From: Clostridia bacterium
GTDB lineage: Bacteria > Bacillota > Clostridia > Christensenellales > UBA1242
Assembly (NCBI GenBank): GCA_017453125.1
Contig: JAFTKS010000002.1
Location: forward strand, 20,833 to 84,832
Direction of reading: 5' to 3'
Length of the DNA: 64,000 bases
The notes beneath the pieces are model-generated. The model had not been told where the DNA came from and did not search any database. It was given only the letters and a program-made list of their open reading frames with translations. A program made the position numbers and the translations under genes. Shown piece by piece: positions 10,381-20,512 of the stretch (the stretch's first letter is position 1; each line of letters starts with the position of its first letter).

Positions 10381-11313
10381 ATGTCTAGGCAAAAATTATC
10401 GCTTAACAAATTAAAAAAATTGAATCATCACGGAGAGGTTTTGCAGTCAGTTGAGTTTTCTGAGTTTTGTACATTCAAATGTGGTGGGAAACTTAAAGTC
10501 TTATTAAAGATAAACACATTAGAAAACTTTATAAAGATAATGTACTATCTTGAAGAAATTGGTGAGAAATTTTTTGTTTTGGGAGCGGGTAGTAATGTGC
10601 TTTGTTCTGACGGCGGATATGATGGTGTCGTTATTAAACTAGAAGGGGATTTTGTTAGGTCTAGACAGCTTTCCGAAACGGAGATTGAATGTGGTGCTGG
10701 GGTCAAATTGTCGCAACTTTTTGCTATTGCCAAAAGTTTAGGTCTTTCTGGGCTTGAATGTGGAGCGGGGATTCCTGCAACTATTGGTGGTGCTACATTT
10801 ATGAATGCTGGAGCATATGGTTTTGAGATGTCTCAAATCATCAAATATGTTGTAGCATATGTTGATGGAAGAATTACTTATTTTGATAATTCTGATTGCC
10901 AGTTTGATTATCGGCATAGTGTTTTTCAAGAGAATAATGGAGTGATTCTAAGAGTTGGGTTTGCTTTCCAAAAGAGAAATATTGAGGATATTGATTTTGA
11001 TTTCAAAGAAACTATGAAAAAGCGACTTGAGAGTCAGCCGTTAGACTATCCAAATGCGGGGAGTATTTTTAAAAGAATAGATGGAATTGTTGTTAGCAAA
11101 GTTCTTGATAATTGCGGAGTTAAGGGATTGACTTTGGGGTCTGCAAAAGTATCGGATAAGCACGCTAATTTTATTATTAATACAGGGAATGCAGAATCTC
11201 AAGATATTTATGAATTGATTGAGATTATAAAATATAGAGTAAAAAAACAAACAGGAATTGAATTGCAAACAGAAATAAAATTATTAGGAGAATTTGATGA
11301 GGTTACTTGGTGA
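10381..11313 (+). CDS. murB: UDP-N-acetylmuramate dehydrogenase
   Basis: FAD-binding GAGSNVL and FKCGG motifs, with C-terminal SAKVSDKHANFIIN, typical of type II MurB. The ATG at 10381 is preferred. Confidence 0.9.
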   Translation: MSRQKLSLNKLKKLNHHGEVLQSVEFSEFCTFKCGGKLKVLLKINTLENFIKIMYYLEEIGEKFFVLGAGSNVLCSDGGYDGVVIKLEGDFVRSRQLSETEIECGAGVKLSQLFAIAKSLGLSGLECGAGIPATIGGATFMNAGAYGFEMSQIIKYVVAYVDGRITYFDNSDCQFDYRHSVFQENNGVILRVGFAFQKRNIEDIDFDFKETMKKRLESQPLDYPNAGSIFKRIDGIVVSKVLDNCGVKGLTLGSAKVSDKHANFIINTGNAESQDIYELIEIIKYRVKKQTGIELQTEIKLLGEFDEVTW

Positions 11314-12028
11314 TTATCATACACATACAACTTATACTCACGGCAAAAGTACAATTGAAGAAAATGTAAAACAGGCCGAGAACTTGGGGTTAAAAGAAAT
11401 TGCAATAACCGAGCATTCTTATTTGGGATATAATCACATAAGACGTGGGGATTTGCAAAAAATGAGAACGGATATAGAAAGTATTAAAGACAATTACAAT
11501 GTCAAGATTTTGCTTGGAATTGAGGCAAATTTAATTTCTCTTGATGGGGATATTGATATATCCGATGAAGAGTTGAAAGACTTGGATGTAGTGGTTCTTG
11601 GTTTTCACAAGTTAACCAAATTGAAATTGTCTCAGTTTTTCAAATTTGCCTTGCCAAATCTTCTTAGAAAGAAACCTACAAAAAAACAAATTGAGAGAAA
11701 TACCAAGGCTTATTTGAATGCTATTGAAAAACATAGAGTAAGTATTATTGCACACCTTGGTTATGCTGGGTGCAAGGTTGATTGTGTGAGTATTGCAAAA
11801 GAGTGTGCAAAAAGAAATATTTATATAGAATTTAATGGTAAAAGAATTAATTTTTCTAAAGAAGATATCGAGGGAATGATTAAAACTGGTGTTAAGTTCA
11901 TTATAAATAGTGATGCCCATCATTATTTGAATGTTGGAAAAAATCATAGAGCGTTTAATTTGATAGAAAAGTACAATATACCTTTGGAGCAAGTTGCCAA
12001 TTTGGACAACCTTCCAAAGTTTAATTAG
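11297..12028 (+). CDS. PHP-domain phosphoesterase (histidinol-phosphatase family)
   Basis: GDYHTHT metal motif, ITEHS and SDAHH. AGGAG lies 6 nt before the ATG at 11297. Overlaps the murB stop. Confidence 0.8.
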   Translation: MRLLGDYHTHTTYTHGKSTIEENVKQAENLGLKEIAITEHSYLGYNHIRRGDLQKMRTDIESIKDNYNVKILLGIEANLISLDGDIDISDEELKDLDVVVLGFHKLTKLKLSQFFKFALPNLLRKKPTKKQIERNTKAYLNAIEKHRVSIIAHLGYAGCKVDCVSIAKECAKRNIYIEFNGKRINFSKEDIEGMIKTGVKFIINSDAHHYLNVGKNHRAFNLIEKYNIPLEQVANLDNLPKFN

Positions 12029-12037
12029 GAGAATGAG

Positions 12038-13033
12038 ATGTCTTTTGCGACAGATGCGAAATTAGAAGTTTTGAAGGGCGGTATTGATAGCGATTGTTGT
12101 TCAATTGCTTTTCTTAGTGCGATTATTAAATGTTGTGGAGAACTGAGTATTTCTGGGAATCATAAAATCAAAGTAGAGATTTTTACCGAAATCAAAGATC
12201 TTTATGATATAGTTAAAAAGGTTATAGAGCAATATTATGGCAAAGAATGTGAGATATCTATCTTGGAAGAAACAAATATTTCAAAAGCAAGTAGATACAA
12301 GATATCCCTTCCTTATGATATTACCGAACAACTTCTGAAGGATTTGGGGTTGATGGGGATTGATTCCGATGGTCTTCTTGGAATAGAGAACGGTATTGCG
12401 GATTTTATTGTAATGGACGAGTGTTGCAAACGTAGTTATATCAAGGGTGCATTTATTGCTTGTGCAACCTCAAATATAATTATCAAAAATTACGATAATG
12501 GAAAGAGTAATTCGGGGTATCACTTAGAATTTGTTTTTAATTTTGAAAAAATTGCCGAAGACTTTGTGAAACTTCTTGAGTCTTTTGAAATCCCTGCAAA
12601 AATAACAATAAGAAAAAATGCACCTATTGTGTATATCAAAGAATATCAATTGATTTGTGATACTTTAGCGTTGGTTGGTGCAAACAAGGCCGTTATGAAT
12701 TTGCAAAATGAAGCGGCGATTAGAGAAGTAAGAAATAATGTCAATAGACAAAATAATTGCCTTAATGCTAATCTTAATAAGACGGTCAAAGCGTCTGTTA
12801 AACAATTAAATGCAATTAAAATAATTCAAGAAAATATCGGTCTTGAATCATTGAGTGAGGGGTTGATGGAACTTGCATTGTTAAGACTTGCTAACCCAGA
12901 AGCGTCTCTTGAAGAATTGCGTAGTCTATCATCACAGAAACTTACAAAAAGTGGTATAAACCATAGGTTTGCAAAAATCCTAGAAACTGCTAATAAGATT
13001 GAGAAAGATAAACTAAGAATAAATACACTATAG
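12038..13033 (+). CDS. whiA: DNA-binding protein WhiA
   Basis: MSFATDAKLEVL N-terminus, LAGLIDADG-like core and a C-terminal HTH (LTKSGINHRF). Confidence 0.9.
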   Translation: MSFATDAKLEVLKGGIDSDCCSIAFLSAIIKCCGELSISGNHKIKVEIFTEIKDLYDIVKKVIEQYYGKECEISILEETNISKASRYKISLPYDITEQLLKDLGLMGIDSDGLLGIENGIADFIVMDECCKRSYIKGAFIACATSNIIIKNYDNGKSNSGYHLEFVFNFEKIAEDFVKLLESFEIPAKITIRKNAPIVYIKEYQLICDTLALVGANKAVMNLQNEAAIREVRNNVNRQNNCLNANLNKTVKASVKQLNAIKIIQENIGLESLSEGLMELALLRLANPEASLEELRSLSSQKLTKSGINHRFAKILETANKIEKDKLRINTL

Positions 13034-13042
13034 GAGAAGAAA

Positions 13043-16000
13043 ATGACAGATTTTGTTCACTTACACTTGCATACAGAATATAGTTTGCTTGATGGAATTG
13101 CTAGAATTGAGCAGGTGACAAAGAAGGCAAAAGAACTTGGTATGCCAGCAATTGCTATAACCGACCACGGAAATATGTATGGTGCGGTTAAGTTTTATGA
13201 TGCTTGTAGAGATAATGATATCAAGGCCATTTTTGGCTGTGAGTTTTATGTTGCACAAGATTTGTATGTAAAAAGTGGAAAGAGTAAATACGCACACCTT
13301 GTGTTACTTGCAAAAGATGAAGTAGGATACAATAACATTTGTATGCTTAATACGATTGCGTTCAAGGACGGGTTTTATTATAAACCAAGAATAGATTACA
13401 AGACTTTGGAAAAGTATCACGAAGGTGTTGTGTGTTTGTCAGCGTGTTTGGCGGGAGACATTCCACAGGCGATAATGAATCGAGACTTTGAAGAGGCTGA
13501 GAGGTTGATAAAGTGGTTCAAGGATTTATTTGGCGACGACTTTTATCTTGAAGTGCAGAATCATCATTTGCCTGAACAGTTGGAGGTTAATGCAAAACTT
13601 TTCGAGTATTCAAAGAAGTTTGGAATTAAGTTGGTTGCAACCAATGACGTGCATTATATCAACAAAGAAGATGCTGAAATGCAAGATGTATTGATGTGTG
13701 TACAAATGGGAAAAACTGTTGATGACCCTGATAGACTCAAGTTGCCTTGTGATGAGTTCTATTTGAGAACAGGGGACGAAATGGCGGAGTTGTTTCCCGA
13801 TCATCCGGAGGCACTTGCTAACACTCTTGAAATTGCAGATAAATGTAATTATAAATTTACTTATGGACATTATTTGTTTCCAAAATACGAGCCTGTCACT
13901 GGAGAAGAGCCTATTGTTTATCTTAGAAAATTGATAGACGAGGGAGTTAAGAAAAAATATGGCGAGTACAATGATGTAATTACTGAAAGAATTGAAAGAG
14001 AGCTTGGTGTTATCAGCAAGCAAGGTTTCGTAGAATATTTCCTTATTGTTTGGGATTATATTAATGCTGCTAGAAATATGGGCATATCTGTAGGTCCAGG
14101 AAGAGGTAGTGGAGCAGGTTCGATTGTAGCGTATCTTATCGGTATTACTAATATTGATCCATTGAAATTTGATTTGATTTTCGAAAGGTTTTTGCATACG
14201 GAGAGAGTGTCTGCTCCCGACTTTGACGTAGACTTTGAGGATTGTAGAAGACAAGAAGTTATCGGATATGTTCGAAAGAAGTACGGAGAGTCTAGAGTTG
14301 CCAAAATTATTACTTTTGGAACAATGGCGGCAAAGAACGCAATAAAAGACGTTGGAAGGGCGATGAAAGTTCCTTATAGCGAGCTTGATGCAGTAACCAA
14401 GGCAATGCCAAATAAGATTACAAAAGATGGCAAGGAAATTGAGATAAAGCGTCCTTGTATTATTATGAAATCTTTTGGGTTCTGGAAACCAAAAGAAGGA
14501 GCAAAGGACTATGGTGTAGATTATTCTGTACCAGAACTTGTTGCGATGTATAATGAGAATCCTGATGTCAAGAAAGTTGTTGATATTGCAATGAAACTAG
14601 AAGATGCTCCAAGGCAAACATCTACGCACGCTTGTGGTGTTATTATTGGAAAAGATAGTCTTGAGAAGTTTATTCCGCAGTCTAGAAATGGTGATGATAT
14701 TACTACTCAGTATACAGGTGTAGAAATGGAACACTTGGGACACTTGAAGATGGACTTCTTGGGTCTGCGAAACTTATCGGATATTCGTATGGCTATACAG
14801 TATGCTAAGGAAAATTATGGCGTAGAAATTGACTTTGCTCATAGTGATTATGATGACCCAGAGGTGTATAAACTTATTTCTAGCGGAAATACAAAAGCAA
14901 TATTCCAAATTGAAAGTGGCGGGTTCCAGAACTTTATGAAAGAACTTCGTCCAACCTGTATAGAAGATATTGTTGCTGCTGTGTCAATGTATAGACCAGG
15001 ACCAATGAACGCAATTCCAAGATTCGTTCATAATAAACACAATCCTGCAGAGGTAACATACGCACACCCAATTTTGGAACCAATTCTAAAGCCTACCTAT
15101 GGCTGTATAGTCTACCAAGAACAAGTTATGAGAATTGTTCAAGATATGGCTGGATATACCCTAGGTCAAGCTGATATGGTTCGTAGAATGATGGGTAAGA
15201 AACAAGTGGAGAAGATGCAGAAAGAAAAGGCTGTATTCTTACACGGAAGAGAAGAGTTTGTTGATAAAGATGGCAAACTCAATACTGCGATTGATGGTGC
15301 TGTCAAGAGGGGTGTTCCTGAAGATGTTGCGTCTGCTATTTGGGCGGAGATGGAAGACTTTGCAAAATACGCGTTCAATAAATCTCACGCTGCGGCATAT
15401 AGTTTGGTAACTTATCAAACAGCATACTTAAAGTGCTATTATGAGGCAGAATTCTTGACTGCGGTAATAAATAATAGAATTACAAACTCAGACGAAATCA
15501 AGAATTATATTACTTATGCCAAAGAAGAAAAAATCGAAGTTCTTCCTCCAGATATCAATAAATCCGATACATTCTTTACTGTAAAGGACAAAAAGATTCG
15601 TTTTGGAATTGCTGCGCTTAAAAATGTGGGTGTTAACGTTGTTGAACAAATTATTGAGGAAAGAAAAAAGAATGGCGACTTTAAGGATTTGAATGATTTT
15701 GTAAATAGGCTAGACACTTCACTTCTAAATAAACGTTGTGTAGAAAGTTTGATACTGTCTGGTGCTTTTGATTGTTTTGGAGCAAAAAGAAGTCAGATGA
15801 TGAGGGTTTATCCTCAGATTATTGAAAAGGCTGTGTCTGATAGAAAGCATATCGCATCAGGTCAATTTAGTTTGTTTGGTGATGTTCTCAAAGATGATAA
15901 GACCAATATTATAACTATGCCGAATATTCCTGAGTATGATGACCAAACTAAATTGAAACTTGAGAAAGAAGTTGCAGGAATTTATGTTTCGGGACACCCT

Positions 16001-16642
16001 CTTGCCAACTTTGTAGACGAATTCAAGAACTTCAATTTCAATGGCGGAATGTTGCAAGTAGAAGAGTCTGCTGATGAGGGAATGGAAGGCGAACAACAAG
16101 ACGCTGAGAGTAAGTATGACGGGCTTTCGGATAATATGGAAGTTGTTTGTGGTGGAATAATAACTGAAATGAAGAAAGTTTATTCCAAACGTGATGGTAG
16201 CGAAATGGCTATTGTGAAGATTGAAGACTTGTATGGTTCGTTTGACGCAATGTTCTTTTCTAAGATTTTTGCAAACAACAAAGACTTACTTATGGTTGAT
16301 AATATTGTTAAAATCAAAGGTAAGTTGAGTATAAATGATAGAGGCGTTTGTGTAAGGGTTGAAGGGATTAGTAGGATTGAGGACAAGAAAATTGTTGCAG
16401 ATGTTACACCAAAAGAAAAGAAATCTGTTCCAAAATTATACCTTATGTACGACTTGACAGATGAAGAATTGTCCAAGGAGATATATTCTTTGCTGAAATC
16501 TTATCCTGGAGATAGTCCTGTTATTGTTAAATGTAGCAAACAAAATAAGCCTTTCCAATTGGGAATAACAGTTAATCCAAAAGGTTTCCTAATTAATGAA
16601 CTTCACGCATATATTGATGACGATTATGTAAAAGTTATCTAA
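13043..16642 (+). CDS. dnaE: DNA polymerase III alpha subunit
   Basis: 1199 aa. PHP N-terminus FVHLHLHTEYSLLDG, polymerase core PDFDVDF, OB-fold C-terminus. Confidence 0.95.
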   Translation: MTDFVHLHLHTEYSLLDGIARIEQVTKKAKELGMPAIAITDHGNMYGAVKFYDACRDNDIKAIFGCEFYVAQDLYVKSGKSKYAHLVLLAKDEVGYNNICMLNTIAFKDGFYYKPRIDYKTLEKYHEGVVCLSACLAGDIPQAIMNRDFEEAERLIKWFKDLFGDDFYLEVQNHHLPEQLEVNAKLFEYSKKFGIKLVATNDVHYINKEDAEMQDVLMCVQMGKTVDDPDRLKLPCDEFYLRTGDEMAELFPDHPEALANTLEIADKCNYKFTYGHYLFPKYEPVTGEEPIVYLRKLIDEGVKKKYGEYNDVITERIERELGVISKQGFVEYFLIVWDYINAARNMGISVGPGRGSGAGSIVAYLIGITNIDPLKFDLIFERFLHTERVSAPDFDVDFEDCRRQEVIGYVRKKYGESRVAKIITFGTMAAKNAIKDVGRAMKVPYSELDAVTKAMPNKITKDGKEIEIKRPCIIMKSFGFWKPKEGAKDYGVDYSVPELVAMYNENPDVKKVVDIAMKLEDAPRQTSTHACGVIIGKDSLEKFIPQSRNGDDITTQYTGVEMEHLGHLKMDFLGLRNLSDIRMAIQYAKENYGVEIDFAHSDYDDPEVYKLISSGNTKAIFQIESGGFQNFMKELRPTCIEDIVAAVSMYRPGPMNAIPRFVHNKHNPAEVTYAHPILEPILKPTYGCIVYQEQVMRIVQDMAGYTLGQADMVRRMMGKKQVEKMQKEKAVFLHGREEFVDKDGKLNTAIDGAVKRGVPEDVASAIWAEMEDFAKYAFNKSHAAAYSLVTYQTAYLKCYYEAEFLTAVINNRITNSDEIKNYITYAKEEKIEVLPPDINKSDTFFTVKDKKIRFGIAALKNVGVNVVEQIIEERKKNGDFKDLNDFVNRLDTSLLNKRCVESLILSGAFDCFGAKRSQMMRVYPQIIEKAVSDRKHIASGQFSLFGDVLKDDKTNIITMPNIPEYDDQTKLKLEKEVAGIYVSGHPLANFVDEFKNFNFNGGMLQVEESADEGMEGEQQDAESKYDGLSDNMEVVCGGIITEMKKVYSKRDGSEMAIVKIEDLYGSFDAMFFSKIFANNKDLLMVDNIVKIKGKLSINDRGVCVRVEGISRIEDKKIVADVTPKEKKSVPKLYLMYDLTDEELSKEIYSLLKSYPGDSPVIVKCSKQNKPFQLGITVNPKGFLINELHAYIDDDYVKVI

Positions 16643-16716
16643 TTTTCAAATAGATATATTATTTATTTGGTTTAAAAAAGTTTTTGTGTTAAATTATTAA
16701 AGAAAAGATAAAAGGA

Positions 16717-17697
16717 ATGAATATGAGAAGAATTGCTGTACTTTGTAGCGGTGGCGATTGTCCTGGTATGAATGCTTGTATCAAGGCAATTGTAGACGCT
16801 TGTGACTCAAATAATATAGATTTAATAGGAATAAACAGAGGATATCAGGGGCTTATTGAGAATGATGTAAGACCACTTGAGAAGATTGATGTTGCCAATA
16901 TTGAGACAATTGCTGGAACTATTATTAAAACAAGTCGTAGCCCAGAGTTTATGACAGAGAAAGGTTTTAGGAAAGCAATTGACAATTTGAAACTTAATGA
17001 AATTGAAGGTCTAATTGTTATTGGCGGAAATGGTTCGTTTAGAGGCGCTAGAGACCTTGTGAATGCAGGTGTTAATGTAATTGGTATTCCTGGAACAATT
17101 GATAATGATTTGTTCTATACAGAAAGGTCACTAGGTTTTGATACTGCTGTTCAGCAGGCTGTAAATACTGTAACAGACATTAAACAAACAATGTATGCTA
17201 ACGATAGAGCGGTTGTGTTTAAGTGTATGGGCAGACACTGTGGAGATATTGCTCTTCATACTGCAGTAGCTGTTGAGGCAGATTCTTTGGCTGTAAACGA
17301 GATAGAGTATTCCATTCCTCAGATTATTGAAGATGTTAGAAATTCTATGAGTCATGGAGTAAAGGCACCTGTTGTAATGATGAGCGAAGGTTGCAAAATT
17401 GATATGGACGAAATAGTGTATGAACTTCAGTCCCAACTTCACATTGTTGCTAGAGGTATTGAGCTTGGATATATTCAAAGAGGTGGCGTTCCAACTTATT
17501 ACGATAGAATGTTGGGAGTTCGTTGGGGAGTGCTTGCAGTACAACTTCTTATGCAAGATATGACCAATCTTGCAGTTGGTGTGAAGAATGACAAGATTTT
17601 CTCAACACCGCTTGTGGAGGTTGAGCACGTTCTTCAAGAATTCAGAGTAGATATGGTTAATGATTTGAGAACACTACACGCATTACCAAAAATTTAA
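16717..17697 (+). CDS. pfkA: ATP-dependent 6-phosphofructokinase
   Basis: RIAVLCSGGDCPGMNA, GIPGTIDND and MGR motifs. The true start may be the second ATG at 16723. Confidence 0.9.
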   Translation: MNMRRIAVLCSGGDCPGMNACIKAIVDACDSNNIDLIGINRGYQGLIENDVRPLEKIDVANIETIAGTIIKTSRSPEFMTEKGFRKAIDNLKLNEIEGLIVIGGNGSFRGARDLVNAGVNVIGIPGTIDNDLFYTERSLGFDTAVQQAVNTVTDIKQTMYANDRAVVFKCMGRHCGDIALHTAVAVEADSLAVNEIEYSIPQIIEDVRNSMSHGVKAPVVMMSEGCKIDMDEIVYELQSQLHIVARGIELGYIQRGGVPTYYDRMLGVRWGVLAVQLLMQDMTNLAVGVKNDKIFSTPLVEVEHVLQEFRVDMVNDLRTLHALPKI

Positions 17698-17712
17698 TAA
17701 AGGAAGAAATAT

Positions 17713-18243
17713 ATGATAGAGATTGTTAAATACAATGATGATGATTTGAAAGATAATGAAATTGATGAGGTTATTACAAGGGTAAGAGCATTTATTGTAT
17801 CTAGTAAAAATGATATGATTGTTGGCTTTAATGAAGAAGGTTATCAGTTGCTTGGTGGATATGTGTCCGAGGGCGAAGATCTTGTTCAGGGGCTTGCAAA
17901 TTTAATATTCAATGAATGCGGTATTGCTCTAGATTCGAAAGACTCAATAGAACCTTTCTACGAAGTTAGGTACTATAACAAAGATTATAAGGGGTCGGGC
18001 GTCAATAGACTATCTGATTTGATATATTTCGTTGTAAAGACAGATAAACTTCCTAATTATAAGAAACTCAAATTGTCAGATAGAGAAATTGCAACAAAAC
18101 TTCCTTTAGAGATGGTAAGAAGAAGTTTGTTTGGTAAAGAACTTAGAGAGTATATTGAGAAAGAGCAAAATCAAGTAAACAAAATCAAAGCAAAAGAACT
18201 TCTTATGGCTTATGATAAGTTCAAAGAAATTTATAAATTCTAG
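17713..18243 (+). CDS. Nudix-like protein with degenerate Nudix box
   Basis: GYVSEGEDLVQGLANLIFNECGI fits the spacing of GX5EX7REUXEEXGU, but RE reads NL and the first E of EE reads N. Confidence 0.45.
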   Translation: MIEIVKYNDDDLKDNEIDEVITRVRAFIVSSKNDMIVGFNEEGYQLLGGYVSEGEDLVQGLANLIFNECGIALDSKDSIEPFYEVRYYNKDYKGSGVNRLSDLIYFVVKTDKLPNYKKLKLSDREIATKLPLEMVRRSLFGKELREYIEKEQNQVNKIKAKELLMAYDKFKEIYKF

Positions 18244-18253
18244 AACAAAAAAA

Positions 18254-18276
18254 ACAGATACAGTAATTGTATCTGT
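18254..18276. terminator. bidirectional terminator hairpin
   Basis: ACAGATAC / GTATCTGT stem flanked by an A-run and a T-run, between convergent genes. Confidence 0.7.
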
Positions 18277-18287
18277 TTATTTTATTA

Positions 18288-18488
18288 TTAATTATCTTTT
18301 GCTTCTTCGTTGGTTTGTCCGCTTTGATTTTCTTGAGCGGTGTCGCCTGTTTCTTTATCTACAGTTTGTTCGTATCTTTCGTCGCTCTTTTGCATCTGAT
18401 AAGATTTATATGCGTAAGAACCAGCAAAGAATATTACAATAAAGCCTAGTGTGATTCCAATAATTACATTTAATGTTTTTCTATTCAT
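18288..18488 (-). CDS. small single-pass membrane protein
   Basis: ATG at 18488 preceded by GGGGAG at 7 nt. MNRKTLNVIIGITLGFIVIFFAG TM helix, then an acidic tail. Confidence 0.45.
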   Translation of the reverse strand: MNRKTLNVIIGITLGFIVIFFAGSYAYKSYQMQKSDERYEQTVDKETGDTAQENQSGQTNEEAKDN

Positions 18489-18673
18489 ATAGATTCTCCC
18501 CATATTTCTAATATTATATTAATTTTAATACATAATTCTAATAATGTCAATATACTTTTGTATTTTTTTGACTTGCTTTTCCTTGACAGCTTGTTTGCTA
18601 AAAAAGTAAAATATAACATATAAATTTATTATAAAAACTTTGTAAGTTTAATTATTTTTAGGAGTGGGTGTTT

Positions 18674-20455
18674 ATGAAGAAGAGAAGTCAAATAAAAGAT
18701 GAGTTTAAGTGGGATTTGTCACATATATATGCTGATGAGAAAGATTTGCTTTCTGATATAGAAAAGTTGAAGTCTTATCCTGAAAAAATCGCTAGTTATA
18801 AAGGAAAATTGAAAAAAGCTGATAAATGTTTGGAGTTTTTTGAGTTGTCTGGTGAGATTTCCAAATTAAATGAAAGGATTTCTGTTTACCTACTTCTCAA
18901 GTTGTCGGAAGACTTGTCTAATACGAAGTATTTGGAACTAGAGAGTGTTGTGTCTGCAATTGATAAAAAAATTGCAGTTGCCTCTGCTTTTGAAGAAAGT
19001 GAATTATTGTCTTGTGGTGAAAAATATTTAAAGAAATTGATGAATAACCCTAAATTTGAACTTTATAAACTTTCGCTTGATAATTTTCTAAGGAACAAAG
19101 ATCACGTTTTGAGTGAAAAAGAAGAAGAACTTTTAAGCAAAGCGGGAAGAAGTTTAGGTGGATTTTCAGATGTATTTGATAATCTAGATAACCTTGATTT
19201 GAAGTTTGAGGACGCCAAGGATTCCAAGGGTAAAAAACACGAAGTAAATCAACACAATTATAGTGAATTGCTTGAGAGTTCGGATAGAGAGTTGAGAAAA
19301 AATGCATTGATATCTTATAATAAAGGGTATCACTCTATGTCTAATACAATTTCTGCAAACTATATTTCTTCTGTTGAGGGGGACTGGTTTGTTGCAGATG
19401 CATATCATTTTGATAGTGTTCTTGAGAGCTCGTTGTTTGGTGGAAATATTCCAAAAGAAGTGTATGAAAAGTTACTATCAAATGTCAGTGACAATGTGTT
19501 ATTAGTGCATAAGTTTTATAGTTTGAAAAAGAAGGCGCTTGGTTTTAAAGATTTTTATTTTTATGATAGAATTGTACCAATTACCAAAAATTCTAGAAAG
19601 TATAATTATAATACAAGTTGCAAACACGTATTGTCTGCTATGAGTGTTTTGGGAGATGATTACGTTGAGCATTTGAAAGAGGCGTTTGATAATCGTTGGA
19701 TTGATGTTTATCCTTGTGAGAAAAAGGAGTCAGGAGGTTTCTGTTGTAGTGTGTTTGAGCCTCACCCATATGTTCTTCTTAATACTGTTGATGATAGTAG
19801 AAGTATATATACTCTTGCTCACGAATTGGGGCACGCAATGCATGGGAAATTAAGTGCGGAAACTCAACCATATGAACATTATGACCATACGATTTTCTTA
19901 GCAGAAATTGCTAGTACTGTGAATGAGGTTTTGCTATTTAAGTATTTATATAAAAATGCAAAAACCAATCAAGAAAAACTTGCTCATCTTGAGAAGTATA
20001 TTAGTAATATTATTGCAACAATATTTGTTCAAACATTATATAGTGAATTTGAGTTTTATGCGCATACGCTAGTAGAGAAAGGAGAGCCGATAAGTAAGGA
20101 TTTGTTAAATGCAAAATATAAAGAACTAACTCAAAGATACTATGGCAAAGGTGTAAAACTTCTCAAAGAAGATGTGGGAGAGGGTTGGATGAGAATACCA
20201 CATTTCTATAGAAGTTATTATGTTTATAAGTATGCGACAGGAATGATTAGTGCTATTAACTTTGCAAGGAAAATCTATCTTGGGGAAGATGGTGTTGTTG
20301 AGAAATATCTAAACTTTTTAAAAGCTGGTTCGAGCGATTATTCGATTAATATATTGAAAAATGCTGGTGTTGATTTAACAACTGATGAACCTTATAAGGT
20401 TATGTCTGATGAATTAAAATGGGCATTGAAAGAGATGGAGAAATTATTAAAATAA
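18674..20455 (+). CDS. pepF: oligoendopeptidase F (M3B)
   Basis: HELGHAMH zinc motif and length typical of PepF. ATG at 18674 after AGGAG. Confidence 0.9.
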   Translation: MKKRSQIKDEFKWDLSHIYADEKDLLSDIEKLKSYPEKIASYKGKLKKADKCLEFFELSGEISKLNERISVYLLLKLSEDLSNTKYLELESVVSAIDKKIAVASAFEESELLSCGEKYLKKLMNNPKFELYKLSLDNFLRNKDHVLSEKEEELLSKAGRSLGGFSDVFDNLDNLDLKFEDAKDSKGKKHEVNQHNYSELLESSDRELRKNALISYNKGYHSMSNTISANYISSVEGDWFVADAYHFDSVLESSLFGGNIPKEVYEKLLSNVSDNVLLVHKFYSLKKKALGFKDFYFYDRIVPITKNSRKYNYNTSCKHVLSAMSVLGDDYVEHLKEAFDNRWIDVYPCEKKESGGFCCSVFEPHPYVLLNTVDDSRSIYTLAHELGHAMHGKLSAETQPYEHYDHTIFLAEIASTVNEVLLFKYLYKNAKTNQEKLAHLEKYISNIIATIFVQTLYSEFEFYAHTLVEKGEPISKDLLNAKYKELTQRYYGKGVKLLKEDVGEGWMRIPHFYRSYYVYKYATGMISAINFARKIYLGEDGVVEKYLNFLKAGSSDYSINILKNAGVDLTTDEPYKVMSDELKWALKEMEKLLK

Positions 20456-20460
20456 TTGAA

Positions 20461-20495
20461 AGGCAATATGAAAAATCATATTGCCTTTTTGTTGG
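20461..20495 (+). terminator. rho-independent terminator after pepF
   Basis: 11-bp stem AGGCAATATGA / TCATATTGCCT plus a T-run. Confidence 0.8.
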
Positions 20496-20512
20496 TGAAT
20501 AAATTGTATTTG

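Noticed and set aside
13610-14254. 214-aa antisense ORF inside dnaE. Similar long antisense ORFs occur at 47049..47651 (inside the TrxR-like gene), 41716..42207 and 9862..10302.
   Set aside because: They lie entirely within strongly supported genes on the opposite strand. Their composition is low-complexity and Ile/Asn/Phe/Ser-rich, as expected for antisense frames in AT-rich DNA. They have no RBS.
18212-18449. Plus-strand ORFs of 76 aa and 60 aa overlapping the small minus-strand membrane protein gene.
   Set aside because: They begin inside the preceding gene or its terminator and lack an RBS. The minus-strand ORF has a GGGGAG RBS and a clean TM helix.
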